Shown here: one piece after another, positions 12,162 through 25,567 of the stretch
How positions within the stretch are numbered: position 1 is the stretch's first letter
Layout: each line of letters begins with the position of its first letter
Source of the DNA: Azolla caroliniana
Lineage: Eukaryota; Plantae; Polypodiophyta
Direction: 5' to 3'
Length of the DNA stretch: 64,000 nt
NCBI GenBank assembly: GCA_043228905.1
Contig: JBHGNT010000001.1
Span: 27,156,001-27,220,000 of the forward strand
Position numbers and translations under genes: made by a program
The notes under the pieces: generated by a model
Seen by the model: the letters and a program-made list of their open reading frames with translations, nothing else
What the model was told of the DNA's origin: nothing
The model's database searches: none

Positions 12162-12922
12162 TAGGGATCAACAACGAGTCGACTCAAGCCTGAACCGTTT
12201 AGCTAAAACGGCTTAGCGGCTCAGCTCGGCTCATCTCGAGCCTTACCAAACCAACTCAAACTAGTTAAGTTGTTTATCTTATTTAATGATTAGGGTTTAG
12301 AAAGATAGAACTTAGAGAGAGAGAGAGAGAGAGGAAGCCATAGGAAACAATTGTTGCGTGACAAGTCTCCACATAGACGTGAGAGAGAGAGGGAGAGAGA
12401 GAGGGAGCCTACATAATGGAGGACGATGAAGACCTCCTTCTTGTTATATAAATTGTTTCTTCTTTCTGTACATATTGGTGAAAACTTAGTTGAAGCTTCA
12501 ATTCTCTTCAAATTGGACCTAGGACCTAGGACACAACAAGCTCGACGTGAAGGTGGTTGGGGGATGGGCAATAGCAATCAAGAGGTCTGGGAAGGGTTAT
12601 CGACCGATCAATCGTAGTAGTCTACAAAGAGGGAATCGTGGAGGTGGGTCTGGAAGTTGAAGGACTCATCGGTGGTATGACCGAGGGGGTTGGGAGTTAT
12701 GAGGAGGAGGAGAAGAGTAGGAGCAAGTGGCAATGATGTTTTTTGGGTTTCTTCACACCACCAAAGGTTTTTTGTCCCAAACTTGTTTAGGCCAAGCCGC
12801 TTTAACCTAAATCGGTTTAGGGATCGGTTTGGTTTTGGTTTGAGAACCCCACAATGGTTTAGGCTTAATTAGTTTGGCTTGGGTAACCAATTACGCCTAA
12901 ACTAAACCGTTGCCGATTCCAA
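12162..12922. mobile_element. Non-autonomous hAT-type DNA transposon inserted in the RTE
   Basis: Imperfect TIRs TAGGGATCAACAACG / CGTTGCCGATTCCAA. 8-bp TSD ATGCCTTC (12154-12161) / AGGCCTTC (12923-12930). Subterminal AAACC/GGTTT-rich repeats. Removing it restores the RTE frame MKAFGKFC. Confidence 0.8.
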
Positions 12923-13859
12923 AGGCCTTCATAAGCTTTTGTGCATCTCCTAAAGTATTTGCAAAAAACATTACATCATATGCATATAACAAAAGCATAA
13001 TGACTACATTCCCAATGACAACTTCTTCATTTACAAACTTAGCAACCATTTCTTCCAATTCATCAATGTGCGTAGACCAAATAGAGTTGGTGATAGTGGG
13101 CATCCTTGCTTAACACCAATAGTGTTATTGAAAAAATATGAAGTCAATTGCTCATAGGCACACAACATATAACCTTCTCATAGGTTCGGGAATTGCAAGC
13201 ATATATTCACATGGCACCTTGAGTTCTTCCATTCGCCTCCAAAGATGCTCACGAGGTACCATATCAAAAGCTTTTGTGAAGTCTACAAAGCAACAATATA
13301 AACATTTACCTCTAAGGCGACGTTCCTCGATTAATACTGGAAGGGTGATAGTCGAAGGGTGACAAGGTGATCACTATTGTTATGGTGTTATCGAAAGCCA
13401 GTATGTCCATAAGCTCGCTTAACATTTTTTGCAACCCATGCACTTATCTTTGATTTATACATCCAAATAGTTTTGCCATTAGCAAAAAATTATATGAGCA
13501 ATCAAATGCAAGAAAGATGATGATGATGATTGTCTTTCTCATACACACCTTCTTTAAGTTTGACGACGTATGCATAAGGCTGAAGAAATTGGACACTTGC
13601 ATGAAAAGTTGTTCTTCAATGTATCAACCTCATGCTAAGTTCATGCTAAGGTAATTAACCTCATGCTAAGTTCTAACTATCAATGTAAATAAATACTTTC
13701 GTGTAGAGTAGCACCACTCCACCTTGTCAAAAATCCACCTACAAAATAATCATTTGTCTCGTATGGCATGAAACTCCAAATGTTGTAACTCTTCTTGTTG
13801 TGTATTACCTTTTATGTTGCACATGATCAAGTTAGTTTTTGAAAACACTATGACACCAT

Positions 13860-14400
13860 TTATCACCTTGTCACTCTTCAAGTGCTAAGGAAAGAAAGTT
13901 GTTTTAAAGGCAAATGATTATATTATTGCTTCATAGACTTCACGAAACCTTTTAATGGGGCGCCTTATTAGCATCATTGGAGACTCATGGAATAATTGGA
14001 CACATCAAGTGAATATATCTTGCGATTTCTCAAATCTATGAGAATATGATATACATGTGTGCATGAAACATGGAATTTGTATTGCCACTTGAAAGTGATA
14101 AAGAGGGTTTCTTATGCATTGATTGATCAAATACAATGGTGGAGAAATTAAATGTTGGTTCCAAGGATGTACCTTTTAGACACATTGGTAACAAACATGG
14201 TTCTTTATGGGTTTGAAATATGGGACGATAGCGTCCCTAAGTTCACTTCGGAAGATTATGAAAATGTTCAAAAGGGATTTTTATTGAAGTTTCTTGAAGT
14301 TGAGCCATAAACGCCATACATATTCCCTCCTTGGCATTAAATCGCTTCCCATTGGCATCGAGGCCATGAAAAGTATTATTTCAAATCACTTCACATTATT
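13860..14400 (+). mobile_element. Second, more decayed RTE RT fragment in the opposite orientation
   Basis: TCACCTTGTCACTCTTC..TATTGCTTCATAGACTTCACGAAAC parallels the reverse complement of 13260-13375. GACACATTGGTAAC..TATGGGTTTGAAATATGGGA parallels DTLVT..YGVEVW. Internal deletions are present. Confidence 0.7.
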
Positions 14401-14810
14401 GCAGCTCAAGATTTTCGCATTGAGTGAATGTCTTAGTATTAGTGATGTCTTGGTATTAGTGGAGTTGTATCTTTAAGCCAATATTGTTAACTCAGGGGGT
14501 CCAAATTGGTTTATACTCTATTGATGGCAAGTTGGGGGACAATAGTTATCAAATACTCTCAAGATGCTAACCTTGATTAATCTAGTGAATACTCACTCAT
14601 CCTCATGAAGGTGGCTGATCTTATCAAGAAATTAAATATTGCCTTACAAAGGCTTAAATGTCAAATGCATACACAATTAAGTAAAAGAAAGAGATTACAT
14701 GTAGTAAGTACTAACCCCACCTCAATAAAGTAGAAAAGTCAGAGGCACATACAAAAGGAGGAATGATTAGTTTTGCTAAGTAGTACTTAGCCCTAATCCA
14801 TCAACTCATA

Positions 14811-14812
<2 letters not shown>

Positions 14813-14852
<40 letters not shown>
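14813..14852. repeat. (AG)n microsatellite
   Basis: Directly visible. Confidence 0.95.
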
Positions 14853-14855
<3 letters not shown>

Positions 14856-15377
14856 CTCTCTAATGGTCTAGAGCCAACTTTGTTCTATTCCCCTTTTCTT
14901 GGTTTTACATTTAGCCTTAACTACCAATATTGATGTCCAAGTTTTCATGGGTCATGCTATGTACAACAAATACTAATCACAATTGACTTCCTTGGATTGT
15001 ATGGGAAGCAAGAAAAAAGATGCAACATATAAAACAATAGTCTAGAAAATGGGATGCATCGAATCTACGTCCTAATGCATCAATAGATTCCTTTGTAACT
15101 TAGGTTTTTTGCAATACCAACATATCATGGTATGCTAAGTATGTGGAGGCTCACAATTCACGTGCTACATTACATATGTTAACCAAATTAATAATAAATT
15201 TGATCCATTCTACCAAATTCAAATTTTGCTTTTCATCCGCTCCCTAAACACATTCCTCGCATAATCCCCCTGAGCCATCTTGATCACAATATTTATGGGT
15301 AAAATTCTTGAATATTGAGCATCAAGAATCAATTCTATGCATACTATGTAAAAATGTTCACTTCTAGTCCCATAGAT

Positions 15378-15657
15378 CATAGTATGAACCATACGTACCA
15401 TAGGTGCATTCGCATTCATGAATGTTTCAATCATTCGCATAAGAAAAACACCCTCAAAGAATTAAATACCATACTTTTGGATTAACTATTTATTATGAGG
15501 TAAATAAGCCTAAAAAATGGAAAAAAACCCCAAAAAAACTTTTTAAAATGGGGAAAAACAAAAAAATACACAAGAATGTTTGAATAACATTCACATTCGT
15601 TTTCCAACGTAGGAAAACAAATGTTATGCTAGAGGAACACGAATTTTACGTACTATG
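15378..15657. mobile_element. 280-bp hAT-type MITE, copy 1
   Basis: TIR CATAGTA...TACTATG. 8-bp TSD CCATAGAT/GCATAGAT (7/8). Inverted homologue at 46447-46727. Confidence 0.88.
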
Positions 15658-16319
15658 GCATAGATCATATTCATGATTTATTAGATGCCATTATGGAATG
15701 TAGGGGTTGAATCCATGATCTTTTGGTTTCCACGGAAGGACTTTATCAATGGACCTACAACCATCTAGCACATTTTTATCATGACATAATATACTAGTGT
15801 TGCAAAAAGCCTCATTCTTGAGGCATTCGTTGATGCCTCATGAAGCAAATGTGAAGCATGATCCTTGTTAGACTCCACATCGATGAGATAGTGAACGACA
15901 TCATATGTAGAGGTGGAGAGGGAATTGACCTATTAGGTACACTTGTTCCCATTCTTCTGCATGTCGTTGACATAATCTTGGTCTCTAAATCCCATGCACA
16001 GCTACAAAGTCATCGCAACTCCTTAGATTGCTTTTGTTGTAAAAAGGGCTCACAGTAACCTAGGATGATAATTTGGCTTTTTCTTTCCTATATTTCAACC
16101 AATAGATGGTTTTTGGTGTGATATTTGTGGTAAAAGGACGAACTAATGTATACAAAATGAATCATATTCGGTGGAGGCAATAATAGTACACTCATAGTGT
16201 ATGAATAGGCGAGAATAAGATAGGTGCACTAAGCAAGGTAGTGAGGAGACATTACATCCAAACCCAAGGCAAGGCAGGACAACAATACACAAGAAGGAAA
16301 TATAATCATGATAATGAAA

Positions 16320-16601
16320 GATACCATGAAAGGATATTTATTCAATGATTGTTGTTGACTTGTTAGAGGACAATCTCCTCGATTACATCTTTTATATAAG
16401 TTTATTACTTACCCCAAAACTTAAAGATCCTCATAGGATATCATAGTTGTGACTATCGTGGTCCAAGCACATCAAAACTAATACCTTTTGAATGGTTACA
16501 TACTTCTTAAACAACATTGGATTTAACAACCAAATAGCTAATTGTATCTATATGGCATAGAGGGATAGGGTAATCTTATTGAAATGACCCCTCATATAAC
16601 A
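16320..16601 (-). mobile_element. Probable LTR (275 bp, TG..CA) with degenerate Met-i PBS, from a decayed LTR retrotransposon
   Basis: On the minus strand it starts TGTTATATG at 16601, contains TATATAAA and AATAAA, and ends TTCA at 16327. TGGTATC follows immediately. No partner LTR was found in the window. Confidence 0.4.
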
Positions 16602-17293
16602 ATAAATAACAACACTAGACCTTGTGGTCGTAAAAATGACAGGAGAAACCCCTAACGGAAAACGTCAAGTTTCAAACTAAATACGAGTATATACCCTAGA
16701 TGAAAGAGTTAAATTATTAGGATTTGCCTTTTATCAAGAAGTATATGTTTGACCATTAACACTAACGTACTAGTACACAAGAGATCCTTGCATATTATTT
16801 AGTATTTACGACACACGTTCAACATCAAATAATCCTTTTGTTAAATATCAACTTATCTTTCTCACCTTAGGTTAGTAATCATGCTCATTCTCAACTATTA
16901 AACATTTCAGATAAGATTATTTCACATAACCACTTCTTTGTACATAAAATAAGTTGGTATTGATTTGAAGATCACAAATATTCAGATTAAGATAAGCAAC
17001 ATAACATGGCATCATTATGTTTGATGTGAATGATCTTTAGATTGTAGCATGGCTTATTATGCTTGTTGGGCTTTGATGCTTGTGCATTTTTTTCAGAATG
17101 CCATGTTTGAAGAATTTGTGACTATATTTTGCATGATGCAAACACGATAAGGTTGCCTATCATTTCACTATGTACATATGTTTTTTTTCCAAAAAATATA
17201 TGTACATATGTTGTGTTTATGATACTCATAGGTAAGTTAATATAAGAGGAAATATGTTACCACAAGATATGGAAGTTATATGTCCATTCTAAC

Positions 17294-19300
17294 ACTTCCC
17301 CTTCAAAAATTGATGAACCTTATTTAGATTTTTGCATACTTTGATCAAAGGTTTTGCCTACACCTCCAAGACAAGTATTGATTCCTATATGCAATCCTAG
17401 AATTATTATTTTTAAACATGCACCAACACCAAAGGTCATAGGGAAGACCATTGTCAAATCCCTTGATTGTGTTGTGTAGAATCAACAATCGACAATGAAG
17501 TAACGATAATGTGATGGTTCTTAGAGTTACATGCATGGGGAGGTAACAAGATCAATAAAGCATTGTTTATGAATCTCTCTCCCCCCCCCCCCCCTAGATA
17601 TGTGAAATTGCAAGCTTGCTATACAACACCTCGTCATATGTGCAACTAAAAGATATTCGACATAGTGGTAAAATGCCCTTTTTTGGGATAACATCTTGTT
17701 TACGTGAAGGGTGATGATCATTGATTGTTCAATCTATGTCATATAAAGTTGCAAACTTTTTTTTTAAATAACATTTTTGTTTCCATCAACTAAAATAAAC
17801 TTATCATTAGCATACTTGACATAGGGTTGTCATACAGGAGGCCTTGTATTAATGATTTCATATCTAAACTTTTCTACTTCCAATTTACAAAAGAAAATAC
17901 AATATTAACACATTTCTCATTTGAGAATTTTTATTGTTTAAGATCTAATCAAGGAGAGGAATGAATTAGATAGCACATTCACATAAAGTACAACGGTATA
18001 AGTAGCTTGCATCTAGTTAGTGGCACCATGACTTAGCATTGTAACGTGGTTTATTTCTCATTAGCTTACTATACTTGGAAAAACATATAGAATAGCATTA
18101 TACAAGAATTTAATTGAAAGTGTGTGAGGCAGTCGTTTCTTGCAACTATGCATCTCTTATTGATAATGTTCGTTATATCATCGAGCAATGGATTATTATA
18201 GTTAATGGAGTTTATGTGCATATGCAATCGCACACTACATTGATGTTACATTCTGCATTGTAATCATTCATGGTCAATATCTCAAAGACCTAAATGAATT
18301 TGACATTGAAACAAATATTTGAAAATGTTGAAACTTGATCCGAAGAAGGCAATCTTCTAATTGTTTATGTTAATTATACAAATGTTTATTGTCACATCAT
18401 GGTTCCAAGTTCCAACCTCTAATGAAAATATAACTATTGAAATATAAAATAGAATCTCATCGTTTCTATACATGTTAAGAGCAAACTTTAAACTCAAGGG
18501 TTTGGAAGCCTACACCCTTTAGCTCTATGAAATTCTTTATAATATTCTCCGAGGTTTAGAGAACTTCACATTTGCTAACCATGAGAAAAGGTTTACCAAA
18601 TGCCTCTTAATTCAAGAATATATCAATACTATATAACCACCTCTTAAGGCCAAAAATAATGACCATGAGCTTCACTTTTTATCAACTTTTCTCCATACTC
18701 TACTCGTTGTGCTACATTTATCCAAAATCACTTGAAAACAATATGGAGCGATTCTATGTTTGTTGCAACATGTAGTATGTATGAGCCTCTACAAAAAGGT
18801 TACAACCCTTCTAATTTTCTTTTATCTATTATAACAAATCCATGAAAATTGTAATTTGTTGAACTCAATATAAGATCATGGGCCCAACTTTGACACAAAT
18901 AACTTACTTCTAATTTGTAGATTCTAACTAGCTCCCCATGCATTGAATGGCAAACAATATATCCATGTGTGTTTTTGCTTATGATATAACACTTTCTATT
19001 CCCAAATTCTCAATCAAGCATTACTAGAATGCAGAAACTAAAATTGATCCATTCAACAAAATGAGGCCTCAGAGATCGTGGGAATCAATTGTTTGATCCA
19101 TAAAGCTTGCCAATACATCAATGAGCATTAGAAATTTATCTGAATGGAGCTAAAGGACAACTTGCTTTATATAGTGTTTAATGAGAAGGAAGAGTGTGAA
19201 TAGAAAGCCATTGAGATTAACAAGACAAATAGCAAAGTTCCTCCCCAAAGGTATATCCGAGTGCATGTCTCAAAGGTTTTTAAGCGACATGTCCTTTCAT
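17294..19300 (-). mobile_element. Possible highly decayed LTR-retrotransposon internal region
   Basis: Minus-strand polypurine tract GAAGGGGAAG directly followed by TGTTAG at 17294. Upstream DNA has no ORF and only a faint pol-like character. The far boundary is approximate. Confidence 0.25.
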
Positions 19301-21377
19301 ATGCTTTAAAAAGTTGATCTAGGAAAGATAGTGTTCAATTCCTTATAATAGAAACTATTGTGCGTTTGCCTTGTACAAACCTTTTTCCCTTTGAGATCAA
19401 CCTTCTAACCATGTGACATGAGACTATGAGGTCTATAATCTTGGAGGTTACGTTGTAGGAATAGTAATGGGCCTACAATAGGTTACTTCCTCCTTCCCAA
19501 CATTTTTAGCAGTGTAACAAGAGAACTAAATGTCGGTGGATGTCATGTTTTGTGTGCAATGGTATGACCTAAGAGTAATTCACACTTCTTATAGGACATA
19601 CGTCCTTTCAAACTTTGCTTTTCTTGATGGTTTATAATCTTGTGCAATGCTTATGCATTAAATACAAGGACAAATGATCAAAATGTCGTTTAGTTATGCC
19701 ACCATTCCCAAAATGTGATACGACTTTACGAACTTCCTAAAGTCCCACACATTTTGGGAAGCCAATAAATTTGAGTACTTGTTGAGATTTGATAATAATG
19801 AACATAGTTATGAGACCCTAGACACCGTCATACAATGTTTTTTCATGTTCCCTCACCAATTCTTCTTGAATTGACGATGAAGTGTGTGACTAAGTATACC
19901 CAAACTTGAGAAGAATGGGACAATTAATTAAACCTTCGGCAATTAGCAAATTAACTACATGTCTTATTATTGAGGATTAAATTAACTGTGTGAGAGAAGG
20001 GAAGAACTGTTGGTGTGATGTGGCTCTACAAATATCAGTACTAAAATGCAAAACTTTTGGAATTTCTTAAACTTGAGGGCATTTTAGTTGAGAAGTTTTT
20101 ATTTTGCCATAAATAATGCAATGCCTTTTTGTGGGTGTGTTTGATAGTGCCCTAGTTAATGACATGGGGTTCCTATGTTGGACAACAGGATTTCATATGG
20201 TTGTGAGAGAGTTGCCATTTCATATGAAGCATCTCCGGGTATAATTTCAACATCTTAATCTTATATTCTAGTTTTCGTATTTCCTCTATCATTTTAAGGC
20301 TTTCCATTCAAAAAATTGTCATGTAATGTTCATGTCAAAGAGGCAATTCATTAATTTTGTCTATGAGGTTCCAATGAGTTTGTAAGTTTTAGGATATCAA
20401 AATAATATGGAACATTGTAGATACTAATTCAAGATTATAAAGGGACAAGGTTGTCTTTGGGAAGAAAATAAGTTTGCAATTGGTGATGGAATTCAGAAAA
20501 TTAAAGGTTTGCACATTCTGTTGGTACTTCACACATAGAAAAGAATGAAATCGCCTCCATTCAATTGGTAAAAGCATCCTCAAGCCACGAGATGTTATAA
20601 AACCCTCAATCCAAGACATATTGCTAATGGGAACAAGGAGTTAATTGAAGATAAAAAAATGTCTTGGAAGGCCTATGAAACTGCCAAAACATTCATTCGT
20701 GTGGGTTAAATATGCATAGGAAAAGGTGATTTGGTAAACTCAAAACTCAAATACATACAAACATAAAAATAAAATTCCAAACCAAAGATAAGGAAGCATA
20801 TCCAAAATGTAGGCAACGTCTATGGCTCGAGTGTGTATAATTGAATGATGAGGATCGAATCATCAACTTATTGTAACATACAAGCATGTTAAAGTCTAAT
20901 CCAAAATTGCTTTCAATCAAGCATATGTGTATTATGTGACATTGGGTTGTGATTAATCATGATGCCCAAAAGTTGTACTTTGGAGAGAAAAAAAAAGCTT
21001 CCGTGTAAAAAAATGTAGAGAAGTAAATGCAGCTAGAGAATAGCATAGAACAAATTTGTTATCATCCACGAGGATACCGAGGTTGACGAATGCAATGGAA
21101 TAAACACATCATCTCGTTTGTGATTCGTTTCTAAGAAGTTCGGGGAGGGGGCAAGGGTTACTACTCTATAGTAAAAAAATTGTATGTGCGAAAATAATGC
21201 ATGTACAATTTTTTTGCTTCACCCTTCTTGATGGAGAGAGAAAGGGATTTCACCCCACCTTGTCCATCAAAAGTGTGGCATAGTGTTTAGGGTTTAACAT
21301 GAACAATGCGGCCAAAAGTGTGGCATTTTTTCGCGGAGCACGTATGGAGTTGAGTGGCAATGGGAGAGATGCCCATA

Positions 21378-21430
21378 ATGTGTGTGTGTGTGTGTGTGTG
21401 TGTGTGGAGAGAGAGAGAGAGGGGGGGGGG
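21378..21430. repeat. (TG)n(GA)nGn compound microsatellite
   Basis: Directly visible. Confidence 0.9.
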
Positions 21431-22094
21431 AGATATGAAGATTTTTGGGTGGGCGGGGGTTCGAATTCTCTCAACTTTCAAGAAGGATCCAAACTAACTA
21501 CAATACATAAGGAAGAAATGGGGCTTCTTCTTTTTATGTTTATTAAAAAATCAAAGAAATGATTGAGAAGGGATAGCAGTTAGCAGTAGGAATAGCATAT
21601 ATATATATATACATAATACATATATATGTAGATGGATAGGGGGGCGGGGGGATTGTACGTACGTCAAGGGTTCGATTCCTTGCCACTGACACTTTCTTCA
21701 GACACCATAAATTCAAGAAAAACATTTAATAATGACAAATTAATTAATCAATCCATTTATTTAAAATACAAATAGACAGCCCTTTATTATCCAAATTACT
21801 CTCTCTCTCTCTCTCTCTCTATTTACTTACTTGCCCATCACTTCACGTTTCCTCTTACATTTTGTACGATTTCTTCCTCTTCTTCTTCTTCTTCTTCTTC
21901 TTTTACTATTCATTTCGTCTCACATTTTTATGAAAAATAAAATCCAATTTTGCAGGGAATATTAATGATTATCAAATTTTTATCGAGCAGTGTTTTCCTT
22001 CTTCTTTGCATTATTTACTTCTCGTAATAATTTAGTTGCTTTACCCAAGGCTCTCTTTTTTAGTGTGGATTTTGGGTGCCTTAATGATATATGA

Positions 22095-22200
22095 ACATGC
22101 ATGCATACATGCATACATGCATATATGTATGTATGTATGTATGTATGTATCTTATGTGTGTGTGTATGGATGTGTGTATGTATATGTATGTATGTATGTA
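22095..22200. repeat. (CATG/TATG/TG)n compound microsatellite
   Basis: Directly visible; explains the spurious YV/CM-rich ORFs here. Confidence 0.9.
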
Positions 22201-25200
22201 TTTGCTCTCTTTCTTCTTCATCTTCTCCTTACAAAACCCATCATGGTTCCTTCTTTTTGTCCACATCGTGATCTCTGTATACCTCCTCATTTAATCCCCT
22301 CATTAATGTGAATCCAATCAATCGAGCTTATGTTGATCTCCTTGTACTTAACAACTAGTTCCCTCGACTGGCTGATTGATCCATCAGTTCCTTTTTGCCC
22401 TCCCATTGTTTCGTTTCTAGCCTAGTTTCCAACAATCTCCGCATTATGTGGTTTTCCCGCGCACCAGAGTAAAGAGCGACTACTCTCTGCTATTGGCAAC
22501 ACCTTATTGGTTGTAAATAGATCCAAGGGTGGACAACAATGACATGGCTAGACATCAACATTGACAATATGGGATGGTTGTGACTTTTGGAATGGATGTT
22601 TCATCTAGAATGCTTGCCATATGGACACAAATGCGTAATTCCTAAGGGGTTTGTTTTACAGACTACAAAAGACCTTGAAAATAGGAATTGTAAAAAACCG
22701 AACTCAACCACCTTAGAAGTCAAGGGTTATCATTGTGTCAAGGGTTATCATTGTATCAAGTGTCTACGAACAATGAACAACTAACTAGTTGCTAAGCTTG
22801 AGTGTGTGATGTGAGATTTGACTCAAACCATTTAGTTGAAAAGAACATGTCGATGCTAGATGAGGGCCTAACATTAGGATGTAGTTGAGCTTATGAGTGC
22901 TACAATTGTAAATACCCAAGAATCCCCCATTTTTTGCATGTATTGTATGTAAGTATGCCAATATATACCTATATATGCACTCATTGGATTGATATAATAT
23001 TAAGACAATCTTAAACTAAGTACATTAACTCTAGACATTAACAATTTAGATGAAGACATATTTCATGACAAGGATGACATACCAATGATTTCCTTGCCCA
23101 ATTGGTGTTTACAAGTTGGTTCACTTTAGGCACTGGGCCTATCACATCATAATCCTAATGTAGTGATAAGAAACTATCATAGTCATTCAGATTACACATC
23201 AATGACTTCATTGGCCTAAAGGACAAATAGATGCAACCTAGGCTACAATTTGGGGACTTGTGGCATGCCTACCATTTTATAGTTCTAAGATAATCATGAA
23301 CAACATGGCATCTAAAACCAGAAATTTGTGGCAATTACTAATGTATATGAAGGATTCCTTGGTTTATATGAAATTATAAAATTTCACTTATACCATCAGA
23401 TTCAAAGATTTTATCCTTTTCTATTGATAAACCTCAAGGTTCCATGTATGTATGTAAAGTATGTGAATACACAGTTATGCATACATGTGAAATACAAAGC
23501 ACACTAGTCAGTCCATCTTCGGCAAGTACATTCCTATCTTAAAATTAATAAATGACTTAGATTTGGGCATGCATATATTGGTTATAATGGATTAAACACC
23601 AATAGCTTCTTTGTCCCAAAGGTGTATACAAATTTATTGCACCCTCGGCTTTGGGACTTGAGGTATCTCTCTTGTTACATACATGCATATTTGTGAATGT
23701 TTGCCCCTCCATAATACAAAATATAAAATAAAATTCAATTATGCAAACATAATTAGGTTGTGAAAATATTGCCTTGTAATGTCAAGTTTTCAAGATTGAG
23801 TCTTTAATAACATGGTGTGAGTGGTAAGGATGGATTGATTCCACAACATAGTGCCCACTGCCATGTGAGTGTATGTGTGTACACTTATTGCATTGATACA
23901 TAGTGAAAAAAAATCAGTCATGATGGATTGCGTGCTAATGACTTCTTGTCAAATGTGTTTCTAAATTGATTCAACTTAAACTTCGGGACTTGCGACATCC
24001 CACATTGTAATCCTATGAAAATCAGAAAAGCGCATATGATAGTTTACAAAGAAGGATTATTGTCGGGGGGAAAAAACTTTTTAAACACCACTTTAACGTG
24101 AACTCTCTCTCTCTAGTAAGTTGCTATCTAGCAATAGAAGGCATTGGGTTCAAGGATCGACTTTCATGCCTCAATATTTCAACGTTCTTGAATATCTTCA
24201 CTCTTTATTGATTCCACACACACTACGTGAATATGTTTAATTCAACTCGATTGGTCATATTTAGCCTTTGAGGACAATAAGAAAATGTATGTCTCTTTCT
24301 CTCCTCTCCATGGGGTAGGCCCCATCCCATAGATTGCAATCTATCATTGTGGACATTAAAAAGTGCCCCCCCCCCCCTCTCTCTCTCTCGCTACGTGTGT
24401 GTGTGTGTACTTCTTGTCTAAGTGGTTCACATGTACCGTCAACCGATATACACGTGCATAATTTTTATGAATCAAATGGATAAATTTAAATAGACCTTCA
24501 CAAATGATTTGAAGTAAAACCACAATATTTGCACGTCGTGCAACAAGCATGGTACCACATAAAAAAACCCTCATTGCGATATTTCATCTTCACAACCATG
24601 AAAATGTTTCTTTTGATCAATAACATCATTTGCCAATGGGTTCGAACATATTGGTAGAGTCACAAGTGTGTGTGAGCATATTTTGTTTTAGGCCAAAACA
24701 CAAAAAATTCTAGAACAAAGTTTGCTTTAAGGCAAAAAGCACCCCTTCCTTTTCAGATATTTCTAGAAGCATTCATAATTTGTCAAAACCAACCATATTA
24801 CTTTGTAAGTGCCAACAAAAGTTGTTGGACGCACCATTCAGGTCATTTTTAGAGCTTAGGTTGGTTTGGTAAACACCCAAACAATTCTGATGTTTTTTCC
24901 TATGTTATATGAATATCATGAGATACTTCAAAGATTGGAGGATAGAAAGACGAGAAGATGAGGATGTCCAATCACCTACTAAACAATCTAAATCCAAGAT
25001 TTGGTCTTAATCTCAATACCAAATTTGATGACGTCAAAGGGCATTACATGCATAAATGCTTCTCTTCCTAGATTAACAAGGATAAGCAAGAGAGCACATT
25101 AGGACAAGTTTCCTAATAAGTTACGAGGATATGATTGGTTTCCCATCTACGCGATAAATTTCCTTCTCATGATTCAACATTTGTTTTGCTTTTTCATGAA

Positions 25201-25525
25201 AGAAACAAAAACAAAGGGGGAATCATATTCTCATAAACATCAAGAGGGTAAAGATCAACATTTACCTTTGCACTGAGATGCTTTCCTTTTTTTGCTCTCG
25301 CTTTGTTTGCATAGTCCTATGTCACACGTTGCTTGCAAACAAAATATACCCTTAGAGTATGCCTTAAGTTTTGAGAGCAAACCGTGCATGCCTATGTGTG
25401 TGGGCCAACTTTGAAGCTTGGAATGTGGAAGTTTTACTTGGAAACCCTTCCTCGTGAAAATCTTACCCTTCACGTAATTTTCTGTGCTGAAATTCAAATG
25501 ATGCACATACCAATTCTACCTTAAA

Positions 25526-25567
<42 letters not shown>

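Larger units (their letters stand above)
9237..13500 (-). mobile_element. 5'-truncated, decayed RTE-clade non-LTR retrotransposon, interrupted by two later insertions
   Basis: Minus-strand RT fragments: GHTGFR..DHLVTL..CCFVDFTKAFDMVPR (~13250-13420), LLLYAYDVMFFA..DAQKLMKA (~12925-13000), FGKFCTHTKLSVKNSKTKIIL (~12090-12155) and VESFKYVGLE..LFDTLVTPTLLYGVEVW (~10080-10290). The frame rejoins when the two insertions are removed. A 3' stem-loop and microsatellite tail lie at 9237-9282. Confidence 0.85.

Noticed and set aside
21670-21692. GGTTCGATTCC B-box-like motif (also GGTTCGAATTC near 21458)
   Set aside because: No A box at a suitable distance and no cloverleaf; not a tRNA or a clear SINE.
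23997-24050. ATCCCACATTG resembling the plant snRNA USE element
   Set aside because: One mismatch, no TATA at the required spacing, and no snRNA-like sequence downstream.
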